A stretch of DNA of 11,600 nucleotides from positions 1-11,600 of the forward strand of contig JBEPZZ010000055.1 in assembly GCA_041640575.1 (NCBI GenBank), in the 5' to 3' direction. The DNA comes from Pseudothermotoga sp. (GTDB lineage: Bacteria > Thermotogota > Thermotogae > Thermotogales > DSM-5069). Shown here piece after piece: positions 8,687-11,600 of this stretch. A program made the translations under genes and the position numbers. Numbering within the stretch: the stretch's first letter is position 1; the number at the start of each line of letters is the position of its first letter. The notes under the pieces were generated by a model, which was not told where the DNA came from, ran no database searches, and saw only the letters and a list, made by a program, of their open reading frames with translations.

Positions 8687-8714
8687 AAACCCGCCCGTAG
8701 GCACGGCGGGTTTT
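8686..8714. terminator. Bidirectional rho-independent terminator
   Basis: AAAACCCGCC(C)GT-AGGC-ACGGCGGGTTTT: GC-rich stem with one bulged C, flanked by A4 and T4, lying between convergent stop codons at 8686 (+) and 8717 (-). Confidence 0.85.
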
Positions 8715-8716
8715 GC

Positions 8717-9280
8717 TTACGAGTTCTCACATTCTGATGGCATGCAAATGATCTTGCCTATCCTAAGCTCAAGCATTCTTGAGGTATTTGCTGGCCTGAG
8801 AACAACGCAGGTATCTAAACCTCTGGCAGATCCTCCACAGCTTACGATCCATTCTGAACAGCTGACTAGGCCAGCATCAGCTGCCATAAGGGCGATTTCC
8901 ACGCTGACTTTTAAACCTTGTGAAAACAATCTTAGCGTATTTGCAACAATTTCAGCCAAATGAATTCCATGATACTCTCTTCTAAAAGCCCTTTCAATTC
9001 CTGATAGAACATGTGTTGCTGTCAAAACTTTGTGACCTTTCTCAATGAGCGTTTTTCTCAATTCTTCGGGAAACTCTTGTTTGTCGATTTCCTTAAAGCC
9101 ACAATGATGTGTAACAACAATTAGCTGAAAATCCTCTGGGATCATTTCTAAAGCTTTTCTTGCACTTTCACCAGTAGTGGAAGCAATTAAAAGCTTCCGA
9201 CCATATTTTTTTGCTTCTTCTATGGCCAAACGTAATGTTTCTCCTGTGTTATGCTCCCCCGACTTGCTAAATACAATCAT
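8717..9280 (-). CDS. Stand-alone pyruvate kinase alpha/beta (C-terminal) domain protein, MTH1675-like, function unknown
   Basis: F...G..NT..TL, IASTTG.SA, VVTHH.GF, THVLSGIER, ANTLRLFSQGLKV.VEIALMAADAGL, GG..RGLDT..VL.PA, I..IICMP. ATG at 9280 is 6 nt after a strong AAGGAGGT, so it is preferred over 9313. Confidence 0.85.
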   Translation of the reverse strand: MIVFSKSGEHNTGETLRLAIEEAKKYGRKLLIASTTGESARKALEMIPEDFQLIVVTHHCGFKEIDKQEFPEELRKTLIEKGHKVLTATHVLSGIERAFRREYHGIHLAEIVANTLRLFSQGLKVSVEIALMAADAGLVSCSEWIVSCGGSARGLDTCVVLRPANTSRMLELRIGKIICMPSECENS

Positions 9281-9317
9281 TCTAATACCTCCTTCTGCTT
9301 CAAACTTATTCACAGGA

Positions 9318-9326
9318 ATTCTAACA
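9318..9326 (-). promoter_or_regulatory. Candidate extended -10 promoter for the 9280 gene
   Basis: The - strand reads TG-T-TAGAAT (TGn + 5/6 match to TATAAT) about 38 nt upstream of the ATG. No good -35 at 17 bp. Confidence 0.4.
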
Positions 9327-9363
9327 TTTCAGAAGGCAATATACTTGCCGGGTCTGCTTTATG

Positions 9364-9948
9364 TTAGGCACCTTGTGAGAAACTCAAGAAATAATCATAG
9401 TTTAGCAAATATTCAAGTGCCCTTTTTAGCGCCTCATTTATGGAATGTTTTCTAGTGGATAGATATGGATCTATTAATAACAACTGGTCATGAAAATCCG
9501 TTGCAAGAGGTAATATTGCTGGTTCTACAATCTCATTCTTTAACTTTTTGCATGCAAGAAAATCCATTTTGTTTTTCCTAACCAATCTGCTGGAACCAAA
9601 AATTCTGCACACTAATGGGCGGTACTTATAAACTGTGCATCCACCTTGTGGCAAGATTAAATGATCAGGTTGAAGCAGCGCACAAACATCATCATCGGCT
9701 ATTTCTTTGTATTGCTCATACATTTGATGAATAACACCTTCATCGTACCAGTGCAGAACCAACGGAAAAAATTCGAGTATGCTCGCTTCAATATTTCTGG
9801 ATGGCACCATACAGCAATCTCTGCAACCATACGGACATGACGGCAGGTTGCTGCGAATGCTCTCAATTTGTTGATCGAATCTTTTGAACAGCTCGAGAAC
9901 TTGATTTGTTTTCGCACGAAACTGAATCAAATACTTTTCACAGCTCAT
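9364..9948 (-). CDS. YkgJ-family cysteine-cluster protein (CxxxCxxCC, putative Fe-S/Zn binding, UPF0153)
   Basis: CPYGCRDCC, CALL, GGCTVYKYRPLVCRIFG and a later Cys match the family pattern. No SD before the ATG, so the start is uncertain. Confidence 0.85.
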   Translation of the reverse strand: MSCEKYLIQFRAKTNQVLELFKRFDQQIESIRSNLPSCPYGCRDCCMVPSRNIEASILEFFPLVLHWYDEGVIHQMYEQYKEIADDDVCALLQPDHLILPQGGCTVYKYRPLVCRIFGSSRLVRKNKMDFLACKKLKNEIVEPAILPLATDFHDQLLLIDPYLSTRKHSINEALKRALEYLLNYDYFLSFSQGA

Positions 9949-9950
9949 CG

Positions 9951-9969
9951 ATTACATAATTTATGGAAT
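9951..9969. promoter_or_regulatory. Imperfect 9-1-9 palindrome, candidate operator
   Basis: ATTACATAA-T-TTATGGAAT has 8 of 9 positions complementary and lies 2 nt upstream of the YkgJ ATG. Being AT-rich, it could be chance. Confidence 0.35.
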
Positions 9970-10028
9970 AACTGTTAAACTCAAAGCTCAAACTATTTTC
10001 AAATCTTCAAAATCACTGTTAAAAGCTG

Positions 10029-11600
10029 TTAGATATCCATCCTAATTGTTTTAATTTCAAACGGATTCAACTCAATGAAAATGGAATTTTCTTGCTCGAC
10101 TTTTATTTGATCAATTACGTCGTCAAGAAGATTCGTCGAATACGCTCTCTTGATCTCACCTTCAAATACCACCTTCATTTTCTCGTGGCTTCCAACAGTT
10201 TCTGCAAATCTTAAATAGTAACTATTACCCAGTTTCCTGACAGATAGAATCTTAGCAGCTCTCTTTGAGATGTGTAATTTGTATATTTGATTCAGCACAC
10301 CATTAAACACTTCGACAGACTTATTGTATCTCTCAGCAAATTTAACGACATCAACCAAATCTAATTTCAGATGTGGATAAACAACGTAAGAAAATTCATG
10401 AGTGCCGATATCAGCATAAAAATCAGGGTATACCCCGGACTTGATCAGCGATATAGCTATAGTTCCATGTTTAACGGAGTGCCCGTATTTGCCATCATTT
10501 ATTATTGAAACACCATAGTCGTACTGAGATAAGTCTACCCATCGATGTGCAAGTACTTCAAATCTTGCCTGTTCAAAGGTCGTGTTTCTGCTTGTAGGTC
10601 TTTCAATATACCCACAATCTAGATCAAACTTAGCGTACCTACTTTTTATGTCGGTTTCAAAAAGTGCTTTGAGTAATACGCGCTTTTCATTCCAGTAAGC
10701 CTTTGTTTTTACCTCAATGAATTCTTCTTTGAGCCAAAAGATATAGTTCTGCACAATGCTGGATTTATCGTATTTGAATAAAACTTCCAGGACTACTCGC
10801 AGTTCATTCTGTTCCACTAGTTTAATTGACTGGGGCGTCAATTTGAAGAAGTACCTCTCGTGATTAACATCAATATCCCAATTATCCCAGTAATATGGCA
10901 CATCCCTGGCAACGACAAGCTTGTTACCCCCAGACTCTCTAAAAATCCACCGATTAATCCTTTTGTCGTAAAGATTGAAAGTTCCATCTTCGTGGACAGT
11001 AAATTTGAAATTTTCCGATTCAAAGTTGAAACTGCTATTCCATCTGCTATCTTTAGCAGTTTTCTCGCTCTTTGCAGTTTTAGTCGTCAATAATACAACC
11101 TGGAGTGGTTCAATAATCTTGTCTGAGTAATACAAGTACTTTCCATCGTAAGTTCTTACCTTTGTAAATCCTTCGATATCTAGATTCTCGTCTATCGTGA
11201 ATATAATCTTTTGTTCATAACTTGACGGGTTGAATACAGTAAGTTTTCCTTCGGATCTTTGCACACAATTTTCAATTATTTTCACACATTCATGAATTAC
11301 TTTTTCCAACTCCTTCTCTGCTGTTTCATTTACTTCTCTTATGGATGATCCAGGCAATATGTCGTGAAATTCGTTACGAAGAACTGTTTTCCACAATTCG
11401 TCAATACGCTCTTGGAAAACAGAATCAGTCAAAGCATTAATAATCTCAACCTTCCTTAGGAAGTCTTCAGCTTGCTTATGCAACCTTTTCACTCTTGATT
11501 GAGAAGTCAACGTTCCACGATGCAACTCCAAGTACAATTCATCATTCCAAACTGGCAAATTAGATTGATCCAATTTCAAAGATTTCAAAAAATCTGAAAT
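10029..11600 (-). CDS. Alpha-mannosidase, glycoside hydrolase family 38 (middle and C-terminal domains; 5'-truncated)
   Basis: Frame is open to the window edge. W..ELYLELHRGT.TSQ...KR, L.NEFHDILPGSSI, VFNP, WDNWDID, LLKA.F, G.IERPT.RNT..EQARFEV.AHRWVDLS...YGVS..ND.KYG, D.G.HEFSY, PFEIKT. Confidence 0.94.
   Translation of the reverse strand: MSDFLKSLKLDQSNLPVWNDELYLELHRGTLTSQSRVKRLHKQAEDFLRKVEIINALTDSVFQERIDELWKTVLRNEFHDILPGSSIREVNETAEKELEKVIHECVKIIENCVQRSEGKLTVFNPSSYEQKIIFTIDENLDIEGFTKVRTYDGKYLYYSDKIIEPLQVVLLTTKTAKSEKTAKDSRWNSSFNFESENFKFTVHEDGTFNLYDKRINRWIFRESGGNKLVVARDVPYYWDNWDIDVNHERYFFKLTPQSIKLVEQNELRVVLEVLFKYDKSSIVQNYIFWLKEEFIEVKTKAYWNEKRVLLKALFETDIKSRYAKFDLDCGYIERPTSRNTTFEQARFEVLAHRWVDLSQYDYGVSIINDGKYGHSVKHGTIAISLIKSGVYPDFYADIGTHEFSYVVYPHLKLDLVDVVKFAERYNKSVEVFNGVLNQIYKLHISKRAAKILSVRKLGNSYYLRFAETVGSHEKMKVVFEGEIKRAYSTNLLDDVIDQIKVEQENSIFIELNPFEIKTIRMDI

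Noticed and set aside
9967..10023. Direct repeat as a mini-CRISPR or insertion-sequence target duplication
   Set aside because: Only two 13-bp imperfect copies, with no cas or transposase gene and no terminal inverted repeats. Kept only as a possible regulatory motif.
8742..11093. ORFs 8742-8963(+), 9177-9455(+), 9699-9917(-), 10838-11023(-), 10860-11093(+)
   Set aside because: They overlap confident genes in antisense or alternative frames and show no motifs or convincing initiation signals.

Overview
AT-rich bacterial chromosomal segment, by gene order and protein style most likely from a Thermotogae genome (inference from recall, not searched). A tightly packed + strand run of ten ORFs covers glutamate formiminotransferase (5'-truncated), imidazolonepropionase HutI, RlmH, a CNNM/HlyC-CorC protein, cytidine deaminase, Era, alanine racemase, a second PLP racemase of the ornithine/lysine racemase (Orr/YhfX) type, a uronate isomerase uxaC broken by a single-base frameshift near 7732, and a ~54 aa unknown ORF. 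It ends at a bidirectional intrinsic terminator (8686-8714). Converging from the - strand are a GH38 alpha-mannosidase (5'-truncated), a YkgJ-family cysteine-cluster protein and a stand-alone pyruvate kinase alpha/beta-domain protein (MTH1675-like). I found no mobile element, CRISPR array, RNA gene or clearly novel multi-gene system. The points most worth checking are the tandem pair of different racemases, the uxaC frameshift, the small orphan ORF, and the structured intergenic regions in front of the two uncharacterised - strand genes.
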